From an uncultured Trueperaceae bacterium (lineage in GTDB: Bacteria > Deinococcota > Deinococci > Deinococcales > Trueperaceae), in contig CAWCXJ010000009.1 of assembly GCA_963799485.1 (NCBI GenBank), positions 96,001 through 160,000 on the forward strand: 64,000 bases of DNA, read 5' to 3'. The notes beneath the pieces were generated by a model. That model was not told where the DNA came from. It did no database searches and was given only the letters and a program-made list of their open reading frames with translations. Positions 9,436 to 18,869 of the stretch are shown piece by piece (position 1 is the first letter of the stretch; every line of letters starts with the position of its first letter). The translations under genes and the position numbers were made by a program.

Positions 9436-9543
9436 GACTCGAAGTCGGTAGTAATTGAGTACAACTTTAACGAGGGCAAAATTGTGCATTACACTGCTAC
9501 GCGGGACTTTCAGTGTATAAAACCTGTTGCCGGTCAACCCAAC

Positions 9544-10350
9544 CTACTCATCCGGAGCAGGACGCACAGGGAGCGCCTTACGGAGCGCCGCAATCTCTTC
9601 ACGTAACAGCGTCAACTCGTACGCGCCGGCAATCTCGCCCTCCCCGTCGGCGTCGCGTCCGACAAAAAAGCTCGCCAGCACCGCCGTGACATAGCCGAAA
9701 ATACCGAACGCGTAGAGCGACAAAAGGATGCAGAGAATGCGACCCTCGGCGGTCTGCGGCCAGTATTCCGAACCGAGCGTAAGCATAATCATCGCTGTCC
9801 ACCAGAGCGCCGAACCGTAAGAGGTAAGCCCTCCCACTACATCTTGCTCGAAGGCGTACATTCCCGCAGACCCGGCGAAGGTCACAATCAGCGTCAGCAA
9901 GGCGATGTAACCGGCCCCGCGGCGGCCCATCGTCGCCGACAACGCGCGCATCCCCCGGTTTAAGGAAGTCACCACGCGCACCAGTCTAAGCCCGCGCGCA
10001 GTCCGCGCCAAACGCAGCACCCGCACCGCGCGCGCAAGCCGAAAGACGCGCAGTGCCGGAATAAAAAGTGCCACGAGCGTCAGCAGATTACGCCGCAAAT
10101 AGCGGCGCTTGCGCGGAGCCAGCGTCAGCTTGAGGACGAAGTCGAGGATAAACACAATCCAGATGAGCGTGCCCAACGTTTCAAATAGCGAACTCGAGCC
10201 CCACACGAACTCGGCGATTAAGAGCGTCAGCCAGACGAAGCCGAGAACAACCATCGGCGTCTCGAGCCAATCTTCGACGCGGGCGAGCAGCTCGAGCCGC
10301 TCAGTCTCGAGGACTTCTACTTCTGCTACAGTCACAGGTTTTTCTTTCAT
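9544..10350 (-). CDS. Ion transporter / voltage-gated potassium channel-like protein
   Basis: Arg-rich S4-like segment (LRVFRLARAVRVLRLAR), pore helix ALWWTAMIMLTLGSEYWPQTAEGR and multiple TM helices. Confidence 0.88.
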   Translation of the reverse strand: MKEKPVTVAEVEVLETERLELLARVEDWLETPMVVLGFVWLTLLIAEFVWGSSSLFETLGTLIWIVFILDFVLKLTLAPRKRRYLRRNLLTLVALFIPALRVFRLARAVRVLRLARTARGLRLVRVVTSLNRGMRALSATMGRRGAGYIALLTLIVTFAGSAGMYAFEQDVVGGLTSYGSALWWTAMIMLTLGSEYWPQTAEGRILCILLSLYAFGIFGYVTAVLASFFVGRDADGEGEIAGAYELTLLREEIAALRKALPVRPAPDE

Positions 10351-10579
10351 AAGTAATCTCCCCAAACGCCTGTTTTACGTCTATCCTAACGTCAGGCTTG
10401 GTCGGGGTCGCCCTAGCGTCCTGCTACCTTGACGCGCCGTTGCCTAACTCTCAAGTTGCCTAACCCTCAAGCTGTCGCGGATGCACATACCCGTCGTCCG
10501 CGCAAACTCTCGCCTGAGGTTGTTCGCGCTCCCGTCGGTTTCACACAACTTCACGGGTCGTTAAAGGTGTCAAAGAAGC

Positions 10580-10612
10580 AAAAAGGAAGCCCCGCACGCG
10601 TCGGGGCTCTTC
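10580..10612 (-). terminator. Intrinsic terminator
   Basis: Minus strand AGCCCCG-ACGCGTG-CGGGGCT followed by TCCTTTTT. Confidence 0.65.
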
Positions 10613-10730
10613 TCGTGTATGTGGTTTGTAGTGATTTCGACCAGAACGCCGAGCGAATCGGCAAGTCCTCGTAACCGTGGACGCATTAAGCGGGCAAATA
10701 GTACTCGGTCGGTGACCGGAGACGCCGGTC

Positions 10731-10756
10731 AAAAAAAGCGGGCCGCAAGGCCCGTT
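10731..10756 (-). terminator. dps intrinsic terminator
   Basis: Minus strand CGGGCC-TTGC-GGCCCG-C-T7, just after the dps stop. Confidence 0.85.
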
Positions 10757-10773
10757 GCTGATCGGCTTGGGGT

Positions 10774-11292
10774 CTACTTGCCGCTTTGCAAGTGCGCCTC
10801 GAGGAAGTAGAGCGCTTCGTCGATTTCGCGCGAGAGCTCGGTAAAAAGGTCTTCAGTCGACGGCTCGCCGAGTTCTTGGCAGCGGCGGATGGCGGCGCGG
10901 GTCGAGGCGGCGTAAGCAGCCCAGCGTTCGACCATCACATCGACAACTTCGCGCCCTTCTACCGTGGCGACCGGGTATTCGGGCAGGGTCGAGTTTTGCG
11001 CGGCCATACGGACGGTACCGAGCGCCATCCCGCCCATCGCGGTTGCGCGTTCGGCGATCATGTCAGACTGCTTGCGGGGGATTTTGGCGAGGGTATCGAA
11101 CAATTCGTGCAACTGGAAAAAATCCAGGCCCTTGACGTTCCAGTGCGACTGTTTGGTCTGGGTAAAAAGGTCGGTCGCGTCGGCGAGTTGCTGGTTCAGT
11201 ACGTCGATTAGCTCGTTGCGAACATCGGCTTCGATATCGATGCGGGTATCAAAGGTCATCACTTTTGCGTTGGTTTTTGCATTGGTAGTCAC
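10774..11292 (-). CDS. dps: DNA starvation/stationary-phase protection protein Dps
   Basis: TKQSHWNVKGLDFFQLHELFD, DMIAERATAMGG, TEDLFTELSREIDEALYFLEAHL; GTG start after GGAGG. Confidence 0.95.
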   Translation of the reverse strand: MTTNAKTNAKVMTFDTRIDIEADVRNELIDVLNQQLADATDLFTQTKQSHWNVKGLDFFQLHELFDTLAKIPRKQSDMIAERATAMGGMALGTVRMAAQNSTLPEYPVATVEGREVVDVMVERWAAYAASTRAAIRRCQELGEPSTEDLFTELSREIDEALYFLEAHLQSGK

Positions 11293-11356
11293 GTTAAAAC
11301 CTCCAAACAACAGTCTAACGCCCTTACCCGACCACATTTAGTTTTAGCTTACATAT

Positions 11357-11371
11357 TCGGAATGATTCCGA
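11357..11371. promoter_or_regulatory. 7-1-7 inverted repeat (candidate Fur/PerR-family operator) in the dps promoter
   Basis: TCGGAAT-G-ATTCCGA immediately upstream of a minus-strand -10-like TAAGCT (11346-11351). Confidence 0.6.
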
Positions 11372-11377
11372 TTTAGT

Positions 11378-11698
11378 TCAACCATCCAGCTCTACGCCGC
11401 GCCCTTTGGCCTTACGAATTGCGTAGACCATCCCGACGAGCTGAAGCTGAATCGCCTCGGACATGTGCGTCAATTCCTCGGTAGAGTAAACCTGCACGAG
11501 CTGATGCTCCAGGCGTTTGACCTCGCCGGCAGCGTAGTAATAAGGAGCCGTACCGCAAAGCTCGCGGTATGACGGCAGCAGGCCGCGCAGCTGCTCGAGC
11601 GCCTGCACCGCTACACGCTGTTCGGTTTGCTCCCGGTCAGGGCTATCTTTTCGGTTACAAACGCACTCCAAATTGTTTGCGCGGTTACCGGTACTCAT
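11378..11698 (-). CDS. Hypothetical protein (106 aa)
   Basis: ATG ORF preceded 5 nt upstream by TACTAT (leaderless-type promoter); no family recognised. Confidence 0.55.
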   Translation of the reverse strand: MSTGNRANNLECVCNRKDSPDREQTEQRVAVQALEQLRGLLPSYRELCGTAPYYYAAGEVKRLEHQLVQVYSTEELTHMSEAIQLQLVGMVYAIRKAKGRGVELDG

Positions 11699-11875
11699 AG
11701 CTCATAGTAGCGGAAAAAATCGATGAGAAGCTAGGCGCAGATATATGCGGGGGTGCGTATGTCTGTACTGTGTTTACCTGACAAAAATCATCTAGACGCC
11801 CTTCTTGTCCGCGCGTTTTGGTAGTGCATTTTTGCATCCGTTTGTTGCAAAAACGAGCTTGACCGAGAGCGGCTC

Positions 11876-12658
11876 CTAAACACCGACGCCTAGCAGGTTC
11901 TGCTCGAGCCAGTCGGCAACGCCGTTTTCTTCGGGTTCGGCGATATGTTCATCCGACGCGGTCAGCACCTCCGGGTGCGCGCGCCCGACTGCTACCGCCC
12001 GGCCCGCCCACTTCATCATCTCGACGTCGTTTACGCCGTCGCCAAACGCAATCGTATCGGCTTGCGGGACGCCCAGCTCGAGGCTGATACGTGCGAGCGC
12101 CGTGCCCTTGTCGGCCCCTTCGCCGGTAATCTCGAAAAACCCGTCGGACCAGTAATAAGTCATCAGCTTCGGATAGTCGCGGCCCAGTTCCGCGACCATC
12201 TGCGGGCCTTGGTCGTCCGCGCCGAAGACCACCTTGTCGGCGTCGGTGACCGCTTCGGAATCGAAGGTCAAGACGTTGCGGTTGAGGGTGTGCGCCCAAC
12301 CCCAGCGCGGGTCGTGCGGGTCGTGAACGAAAATATCGTCGTCCAGCATAAAGGCGTACTCGAGGCCGCGCCCTATCCCATACGTCTCGATCAGCCCCAG
12401 CGCGTCGGCAGCAGGAATGAGCGAGCGGCTTAAAAGTTCGCCGTCCGCGCCGATAACGACCGCGCCGTGGTTGACCGCGTAGGGGCCGCTAACGCCGAGC
12501 TGCTCGACGAACGGGAGCGCCGAGGCGTTGGGGCGACCCGTCAGTACCGCAACGAAGTGCCCGGCAGCTTTCGCCGCTGTGATTGCCGTTAAGATGCGGG
12601 GCGGAACCTCGTTACCCCGCGTCACTACTGTATTGTCTAGATCAAAAGCCAGTAACAT
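11876..12658 (-). CDS. Cof-type HAD-IIB hydrolase
   Basis: AFDLDNT, LTGR, ADKGTAL, AFGDGVNDVEMM, NGVADWL. Confidence 0.93.
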   Translation of the reverse strand: MLLAFDLDNTVVTRGNEVPPRILTAITAAKAAGHFVAVLTGRPNASALPFVEQLGVSGPYAVNHGAVVIGADGELLSRSLIPAADALGLIETYGIGRGLEYAFMLDDDIFVHDPHDPRWGWAHTLNRNVLTFDSEAVTDADKVVFGADDQGPQMVAELGRDYPKLMTYYWSDGFFEITGEGADKGTALARISLELGVPQADTIAFGDGVNDVEMMKWAGRAVAVGRAHPEVLTASDEHIAEPEENGVADWLEQNLLGVGV

Positions 12659-12751
12659 GCTCTTAGCCTACTCTGTGAACGTCAGGAAATGTGTGCCGAC
12701 GGTGTTTACGGCAAAAAGCGTATGACAAGAGCAGGCCGGGCGTTTTACGGG

Positions 12752-14260
12752 TCAGGGTGTAGGTATATCGAGCTTGATCTCCTCTACCTTGCCGAAGTCG
12801 GAGAGCGGCCGGTCAAACTGCGTTTCGTCGCCGACAACCATCAGCAGCATGTCTTCGGGCCGGAAGTCTCGGCGGGCGACCGCCTGCACCTTCGCCGGCG
12901 TCATCGCCCGGACATCTTGAATATAGCGTTCAAAGTAGTCGGCAGGCAGGTCTAGAATCTCGACGGCGCGCGCGGTGCGCTGCACGATGGCGTCCGGTGA
13001 GGTGAAGCGGAACACCGCGCCGTTTAGGATGTTGCTCTTTTGCACCTCGAGTTCAGCCTTGCTGACCGGCTCAGCCGCCATCTGTTGCATCTCTTGTTTG
13101 AGGAGCGCAATCACCTGACCGGTCGCGTCGGTGCGGGTAATGGCGAACGCTAAAAACGTACCGGGAAACATAAACCCCTGGTTGAGCTGGCTGCCCGTCG
13201 AGTACGCCAGACCGCGTTTGGTGCGGATTTCGGTAAACAGCCGGCTGCTAAACCCGCCGCCGCCCAGTACCGCGTTCGCCACGTCTAACGCGTTGTATTC
13301 GGGCGTGTAGGCGTAGACGCTCGGATGGCCCATGATGACGATGCTCTGCCCGACGTCTTTTTGGGCGTGATAAATCTGCGGGGCCGGGTCGGGGTTGTAG
13401 GGCGGCAGTTTGGGATAGTTTACCGGGGCGCGTTGCCAGGAGCCGAGAGTCTGCTCGAGCGTCCTCAGCATTTCAGCCCGGTTGAAGTCGCCGCTGACGG
13501 CTAAGACCGTTTCGTTGGGTTTGAAATAGCGCTGGTGAAACGCTACCATGTCGGCGCGCGACACGGCGTTTACGGTCTCGGCAGTCGGTACATAACCCGC
13601 CGGATGACCTTGTGCGAGGCGTTTGTAAAACTCGCGCACCGCAATCCCGACCGGGTCGTCGTTTTGCCGGCGGATGGCCTCGAGCGCCTGTCCCTTGGCG
13701 AGCTGAATGCGCGCCGGTGCAAACGTGGGTTTTTCCAGAACCCCGGCAAAGATACCCAAGACTTCCTGAACGTTTTCGGTGAGCGCCGAAAAACTCGCCG
13801 TCGTGTAGAGGTCGGCAGCCGAGACTTCAACCGAGGCGGCAAGGTTTTCCAGGCGTTCGTCGATCTCGTCTGCCGTGCGCCCCGCCGAACCGCCCGAACG
13901 CATCAGCTCGGCGGTCAGTGAGGCAAGTGACACTTTGGCCTTGGGGTCGTAGAGACTCCCGGTTTTGACGAACGCAGCTCCGTTGACCAGCGGCAGCGAA
14001 TGGTCTTCCAAAAGGTACACGACCAGCCCGTTGGAAAGCACGGCGCGCTCCGGTTTGGGGGTGTTGAAGGTTACGGGGTCGAACCTGAGCTTAGCCGGGT
14101 CGGGCCAGCTTTCGGGGACGCCGGTGTTGGGGTCGAGTTTGGGTTGAGCCGCAGTTTGGGGGGCAGGTCTTTGCGCTGTCGGCGTCGTTTCCTGCGCCGA
14201 CGTAGCGGCAAGCAGGAGCAAGGCTAAGAGCGTAAACGTAAAGCGCCGAATCAAAGCCAT
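12752..14260 (-). CDS. M16 peptidase-family protein, non-catalytic subunit
   Basis: LSNGLVVYLLEDHSLPLV, LGGGGFSSRLFTEIRTKRGLAYS; no HxxEH motif; signal peptide. Confidence 0.9.
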   Translation of the reverse strand: MALIRRFTFTLLALLLLAATSAQETTPTAQRPAPQTAAQPKLDPNTGVPESWPDPAKLRFDPVTFNTPKPERAVLSNGLVVYLLEDHSLPLVNGAAFVKTGSLYDPKAKVSLASLTAELMRSGGSAGRTADEIDERLENLAASVEVSAADLYTTASFSALTENVQEVLGIFAGVLEKPTFAPARIQLAKGQALEAIRRQNDDPVGIAVREFYKRLAQGHPAGYVPTAETVNAVSRADMVAFHQRYFKPNETVLAVSGDFNRAEMLRTLEQTLGSWQRAPVNYPKLPPYNPDPAPQIYHAQKDVGQSIVIMGHPSVYAYTPEYNALDVANAVLGGGGFSSRLFTEIRTKRGLAYSTGSQLNQGFMFPGTFLAFAITRTDATGQVIALLKQEMQQMAAEPVSKAELEVQKSNILNGAVFRFTSPDAIVQRTARAVEILDLPADYFERYIQDVRAMTPAKVQAVARRDFRPEDMLLMVVGDETQFDRPLSDFGKVEEIKLDIPTP

Positions 14261-15792
14261 TATTGTCCCCCCGATGAGGTTGTCTGACCCGCTTGCGTTG
14301 GGTCGGAGTTTGCGGCAGCCTTGGTAACGAGCGTCGCTACCGTGCGGTTTTCCTTGGTAAAGGTGCGCTCGGCGGCGTCCTTGATTTCAGCCGCCGTTAC
14401 GGTGTCGTAGGTGTCCAAGTCGTCGAAAAGTTTTTGCCAGCCGCCGGCGAAGAGTTCGTTGTAGGCCAGGTTCGCTGCCAGACTCTGCCCCGAAGCGAAA
14501 CTCCGCACCACGTCGGCGCGCAGGAGCGTTTTGGCACGTTTTAACTCGGCGTCGGTCACACCCGACTCGGCAACTTTGGCGAGTTCGGCGTAGAGGGCAG
14601 TCTCGAGGTCTTCTGTCGTATTCGGCGCTCTGGGCGTAAGGTCTACCGTAAACAGGTTGGGGTAACGCGTACCGGGCGTGGTGGCGCTCGTTCCGACGTT
14701 TACGGCGAGCCGCTGCTTTGTTACGAGTTCGCGGTAGAGTCTGCCGGTGCGCCCGCGCCCCAGAACGTAGTCGAGTACGTCTAACACGTAGGCGTCGCGG
14801 TTCGGGTAGGTCGGTTTGTGATAGCCCACGATGAGCTGCGGTTCGGCGGCGTAAGGAACGGAAATGCGGCGCTCAGAAGTTTGTTCGGGTTCGGCGGGCA
14901 GCTCGGCGCGCACGACCGGTCCTTTGGGTACGAAGTCGAAATACTTGCGGATAACCTTGATATCGCGCTCGGGCGCGAGGTCGCCGACCAGCACCAGTAC
15001 GGCCCGGTTCGGATAGTAAAAAACGTCGAAGATGCTTTTGGCAGCGGTGGCGGTGTAGTTGGCAATCTCTTCGGCAGACCCGATGAGCGGGCGACCGTAA
15101 AGGCTTTTTTGAAACGCCTCGGCGAGAAACGCTTCGGTGAGTACCCCGTCGGGCGAATCTTCCGAGCGGGTGCGGCGCTCCTCACGCACCACGTCGCGCT
15201 CTTCGTAAAAAGACCGGAACACAGGGTTGGTCAAGACGTCGGCGTAAACGCGGGCGTAGAGCTCGAGCCGGTTCGCCGGCAGCGACACCACATACGAGGT
15301 GCGGTCATACGCGGTCGAGGCGTTGAGTCCTTGCGCGCCGTTGTCGGTAAAAAGCGCGTCGAGCGCGTTTGGGCTGGCGAGGGCTTGCGCCGCCGCCTGC
15401 GCCTCGGCGAAGTCCTGCTCAAAACTCGCCAGCGCTTCCCCGGTTGCGCCCGCGTCACGGGCGACGACGAGGGCGTTGGCAGCCAGCTCGAGCTTGTCCA
15501 GCGCCGCCTGTTCAGCGTCAACATCATAAGAGCCTATCGAACGCGTTCCCTTAAATGCCATATGTTCGACCATGTGCGCGACGCCGCCGAGACCGGGCGG
15601 TTCGTCGACGCCGCCGACGTTAAAGGTCAAATTAAAGTCGATAACCGGCGCAAAACCCTGCACCACCATAATGACGCGCATTCCGTTGGAGAGCGTGTAT
15701 TTGCGAACGTTTTGAATCAGCTCGCTTTGGGCGTGCGCCAGACTCAAACTCAGCAGCGCAGCAAAAAATAGAGGTCGGTAATAGGCTTTCAT
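14260..15792 (-). CDS. M16 zinc peptidase, catalytic subunit
   Basis: HMVEH zinc motif, LNASTAYDRTSY, ERDVVREERR; signal peptide; stop overlaps the start of the partner gene. Confidence 0.92.
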   Translation of the reverse strand: MKAYYRPLFFAALLSLSLAHAQSELIQNVRKYTLSNGMRVIMVVQGFAPVIDFNLTFNVGGVDEPPGLGGVAHMVEHMAFKGTRSIGSYDVDAEQAALDKLELAANALVVARDAGATGEALASFEQDFAEAQAAAQALASPNALDALFTDNGAQGLNASTAYDRTSYVVSLPANRLELYARVYADVLTNPVFRSFYEERDVVREERRTRSEDSPDGVLTEAFLAEAFQKSLYGRPLIGSAEEIANYTATAAKSIFDVFYYPNRAVLVLVGDLAPERDIKVIRKYFDFVPKGPVVRAELPAEPEQTSERRISVPYAAEPQLIVGYHKPTYPNRDAYVLDVLDYVLGRGRTGRLYRELVTKQRLAVNVGTSATTPGTRYPNLFTVDLTPRAPNTTEDLETALYAELAKVAESGVTDAELKRAKTLLRADVVRSFASGQSLAANLAYNELFAGGWQKLFDDLDTYDTVTAAEIKDAAERTFTKENRTVATLVTKAAANSDPTQAGQTTSSGGQ

Positions 15793-15981
15793 CCGTCTAC
15801 CTGAAATGTTCTTGTCATAGCGTCTATTCTAGCTTTGGCAAGTAGGTGGGCATGTGAGTATTCAGGGCGTTTTGCAGGTCTTTTCAGCTCGAGCAATCCT
15901 ACCGCCGTGCCGCAGACTATAACGGCGTGCCGCGAGCTCCAGTTTGGTAGTACAGGTAGCTGACGCTTGGGAGCGCCAAGA

Positions 15982-16662
15982 CTACACGTCCAGCAATTCA
16001 CGGAGCGCAAGGATAGCCTTGCTGCGGTCGTTGATCCCAATTTTTGCATAGATGCTGCTGGTATAGTTTTTAACTGTTCCCACCGACAAAGCGGTTTTGT
16101 CACCGATTTCTCGAGCGTCCAGACCCAGGGCAATATACCGCGCGACCTCCCTCTCTCGTTCCGTAAACCCCAAAAGCGGCTGATGCGGCAAGGGGCGCTG
16201 ATTCGTCTGCCGGATACTACTCGCCAACTTTGCGGCGACACGCCCGGTCAACAGCAAGTTGCCGGAAAGTGCTTCGTAGACCGCTTCGATAAGCCGTTTG
16301 CTGCCGATGTCTTTCAGGAGATATCCCGACGCACCGAAATAGAGCGCGTCGATGATAAAGTCATCGTCGTCGAAAGTCGTGAGGATGAGGATAGTCAATT
16401 GTGGGAAGAGCGCTTTAAGCTGCCGGGTGGCCTGAACACCCCCCATACCGGGCATACGAATATCCATCAGCACGACATCGGGAAAGGCTGGTAAGGCAGC
16501 CTCTGCGTTTGCCGTGGCCTCCTGCTGCGCTGCAAGGAGTTTTACGGCGGCTTCACCGGAGTCGGCGGTCAAAACGACGGAGAAGTCCTCATGGGTACTG
16601 AGCAGCGCCTTTAATCCCGCAATCATGGCGGGTTGGTCGTCAACCAGCATGAGTTTAATCAT
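15982..16662 (-). CDS. NarL/LuxR-family response regulator
   Basis: LVDDQ, DVVLMDIRMP, LTTFDDD, GYLLKD, FTEREREV, LSVGTVKNY. Confidence 0.95.
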   Translation of the reverse strand: MIKLMLVDDQPAMIAGLKALLSTHEDFSVVLTADSGEAAVKLLAAQQEATANAEAALPAFPDVVLMDIRMPGMGGVQATRQLKALFPQLTILILTTFDDDDFIIDALYFGASGYLLKDIGSKRLIEAVYEALSGNLLLTGRVAAKLASSIRQTNQRPLPHQPLLGFTEREREVARYIALGLDAREIGDKTALSVGTVKNYTSSIYAKIGINDRSKAILALRELLDV

Positions 16663-16700
16663 CGTCCGCCTTCTCCTGCGTCGCTTTGGAATGCGTTCAC

Positions 16701-17861
16701 CTATTGCCCCAACATCAGGGGCAGCACAACGTCAATCTGAAAGCCTCCTTGCACGTGCGTCTCTACCATCAGGGTTCCGCCAAGGGCACTGACTTTCTGC
16801 TTCAGATGGATGAGTCCAAAACCGGGCACAGGCGCAGGTGTACCCACACCGTTATCGCACACGGTCAAGGCGATACATTGCTGTGCTGTTTCCTCCAGGG
16901 TGATCTGGATGTGGGTCGCCCGGGCGTGTTTGAGCGCGTTCGTAATGCCTTCCCGGACAACGCTGTACAGCACATAGGCTTGAATAGGCAGTAGCTCCGC
17001 CGTAAACCGCTGCTGCAGCTCGAGGTTCACGGGCGTTTGTCTACGCACCCGTTCCACCAACTGCACCAAGCTCTCCTGCAAGGTCGTGTCATCAGCGAGC
17101 GTGTCGGTACGGAGCGTGCGAACGGTCTGCCGGATGTCGCCGAGCCCGGTTTGAAGTTGCCCACGAACCGTGTCTAAAAGAGCAGCAGCTTCCGTCGGCC
17201 TGTGGTGCAGTAAAACCGTCGCCCCTTCCAGCGAGACGATAGACGCAGTTAATGTGTGACCGACTGTATCGTGTACCGCTTCAGCGAGGCTGTTGCGTTC
17301 GCGCAACCGGGTCATTTCGGTTGCTAGGGCAGCTTGGGACTCTAGGCGTGCGTTGAGAGTCATGATCTGCTGACGTTGCCTGATAAGCAAGCGAATGCCG
17401 AAGAGAGAAAGGGGAACAACCGAAAAATTGATGAAGCTGAGAAGATAGGTGCTCACTCCGAACGCTTGATTGTCTATAAACATCAGGTAATGAAGATAGC
17501 CTATGAAGACAAAGGGAAAGGCAAAATAAGCAGGATAGTTCAGCATCACGGTAGCGGTGTAGATCAAAAATAAAGTAGATGACCCTTCGCTGCCCACGCT
17601 GCAACTCAGTACCATCAAAAGAAAAAACTCTACCAGCAAAAAGAGATAAGAGAGATACGTAGCCCACTTCGCTCGAGCGGGCACCCTTTGACCGCTGATT
17701 TGGCTACTGAAACGTAGAGCAATTAGAGCTGCAGATAAGGCCGCCACCGTAACCGACAAGCCAAGCCTGAACGAGAGGCTGAGTAACGCTACACCGTAGA
17801 TGATATTGAGCCACTGATTGACGGTGACCGTAGATGCGCCCGTCAACGTCAGGGGACGCAT
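16701..17861 (-). CDS. HisKA_3-type membrane sensor histidine kinase
   Basis: Multi-TM N-terminus, ERNSLAEAVHDTVGHTLT, REGITNALKHA, DNGVG, GFGL. Start codon uncertain. Confidence 0.92.
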   Translation of the reverse strand: MRPLTLTGASTVTVNQWLNIIYGVALLSLSFRLGLSVTVAALSAALIALRFSSQISGQRVPARAKWATYLSYLFLLVEFFLLMVLSCSVGSEGSSTLFLIYTATVMLNYPAYFAFPFVFIGYLHYLMFIDNQAFGVSTYLLSFINFSVVPLSLFGIRLLIRQRQQIMTLNARLESQAALATEMTRLRERNSLAEAVHDTVGHTLTASIVSLEGATVLLHHRPTEAAALLDTVRGQLQTGLGDIRQTVRTLRTDTLADDTTLQESLVQLVERVRRQTPVNLELQQRFTAELLPIQAYVLYSVVREGITNALKHARATHIQITLEETAQQCIALTVCDNGVGTPAPVPGFGLIHLKQKVSALGGTLMVETHVQGGFQIDVVLPLMLGQ

Positions 17862-18043
17862 CCATTTCGTCTTGAAGCTATAGCTGTTCACAACGACCCA
17901 AGCCCAGGGGTTCGCAAACCTCGAGCACATTATGTTTTGGCGTGTCGTGTCTCATAGCCCCAACTCTATTCCAAAAAGCTGAAGGGACGATTGATTCTTG
18001 TCTCTTGCAGCGTCCGGTTACACGACGCGGTTAGACAGTAAGG

Positions 18044-18442
18044 TTACGGCAAAGAAACAACGGAAAACTGCGCACGTAAAGCTGTTTCTAGCTGATCTTC
18101 TATGGACGTGTTTCTCGGAGAACTTCTGACGGCCACCTGAACGACGTTTTCACCGATTGCCGAAAATGAAACACCGAGTTTTTGCTCAGGTGAAGAGGCG
18201 TCGCCGAGAGCATCCAAAAGGGCGATGCCAGCGGTCACTTCCGCACTACACGAAACGAAGTTGTCTCCGATGGTGTCAACGCTCAGAAAATTGTAGTTTG
18301 CTGGCGCTATAGCAGGACAAGCGGCGACTGCAGCGTTCACCATGGCCTGGGTCGCCCCCAGCATTTGAACCGCAGGACGACCCGCCGCTGGCGCACAGGC
18401 TGCTAAAGTGACCAGAACAACCAACCCAATGGGTTTTTTCAT
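18044..18442 (-). CDS. Hypothetical lipoprotein
   Basis: MKKPIGLVVLVTLAAC lipobox; overlaps the stop of the upstream gene (ATGA). Confidence 0.75.
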   Translation of the reverse strand: MKKPIGLVVLVTLAACAPAAGRPAVQMLGATQAMVNAAVAACPAIAPANYNFLSVDTIGDNFVSCSAEVTAGIALLDALGDASSPEQKLGVSFSAIGENVVQVAVRSSPRNTSIEDQLETALRAQFSVVSLP

Positions 18443-18825
18443 GAGTTTTCCCTTTTGCCCAGCTCTCTCCACGCGAACCACAAAATGGCGACCATATAGA
18501 CAATTTCGGCGGTTGCGAAAAAGATGTAAGAATAGGTCGCGCTGCCCCCGCCTATGACAAACAGGGTCGTCAGAACTACGGCAAAAGTGTTGAGCCAGCG
18601 GCTGGTTTTATCGGACAAGACGAGGCACAGGAATATCATCACTATGGGAATCTCGAGAAACACAGAAAAGACGAGCAGCAGCGCGGGCGTAACCGGAAAG
18701 CCGAAAGAACCTGCGATAATCTGCTCCAGCACACCGGGGTGGATAAACCCCACGATGTCGGCAAACGCGATGTTAAACATAACAACCGCCCACAACGCCG
18801 AAAGTTTAAGTCTTGTCATGTCCAT
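18439..18825 (-). CDS. DUF6326-like small membrane protein
   Basis: KLSALWAVVMFNIAFADI...LEIPIVMIFL...YIFFATAE pattern; four TM helices. Confidence 0.75.
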   Translation of the reverse strand: MDMTRLKLSALWAVVMFNIAFADIVGFIHPGVLEQIIAGSFGFPVTPALLLVFSVFLEIPIVMIFLCLVLSDKTSRWLNTFAVVLTTLFVIGGGSATYSYIFFATAEIVYMVAILWFAWRELGKRENS

Positions 18826-18869
18826 GCAAATTGACCTTTCAAATCAGATGAAGTATTTGGTGCCGGAAA

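Noticed and set aside
9003..9540. SRP RNA next to ffh
   Set aside because: No SRP domain IV motif recognised; the region is IS1 debris.
10440..10575. c-di-AMP (ydaO) riboswitch upstream of the channel gene
   Set aside because: Some hairpins are possible but the conserved ydaO motifs were not found.
12752..15792. M16 peptidase pair as a novel system
   Set aside because: Catalytic plus non-catalytic M16B heterodimers are widespread and well known.
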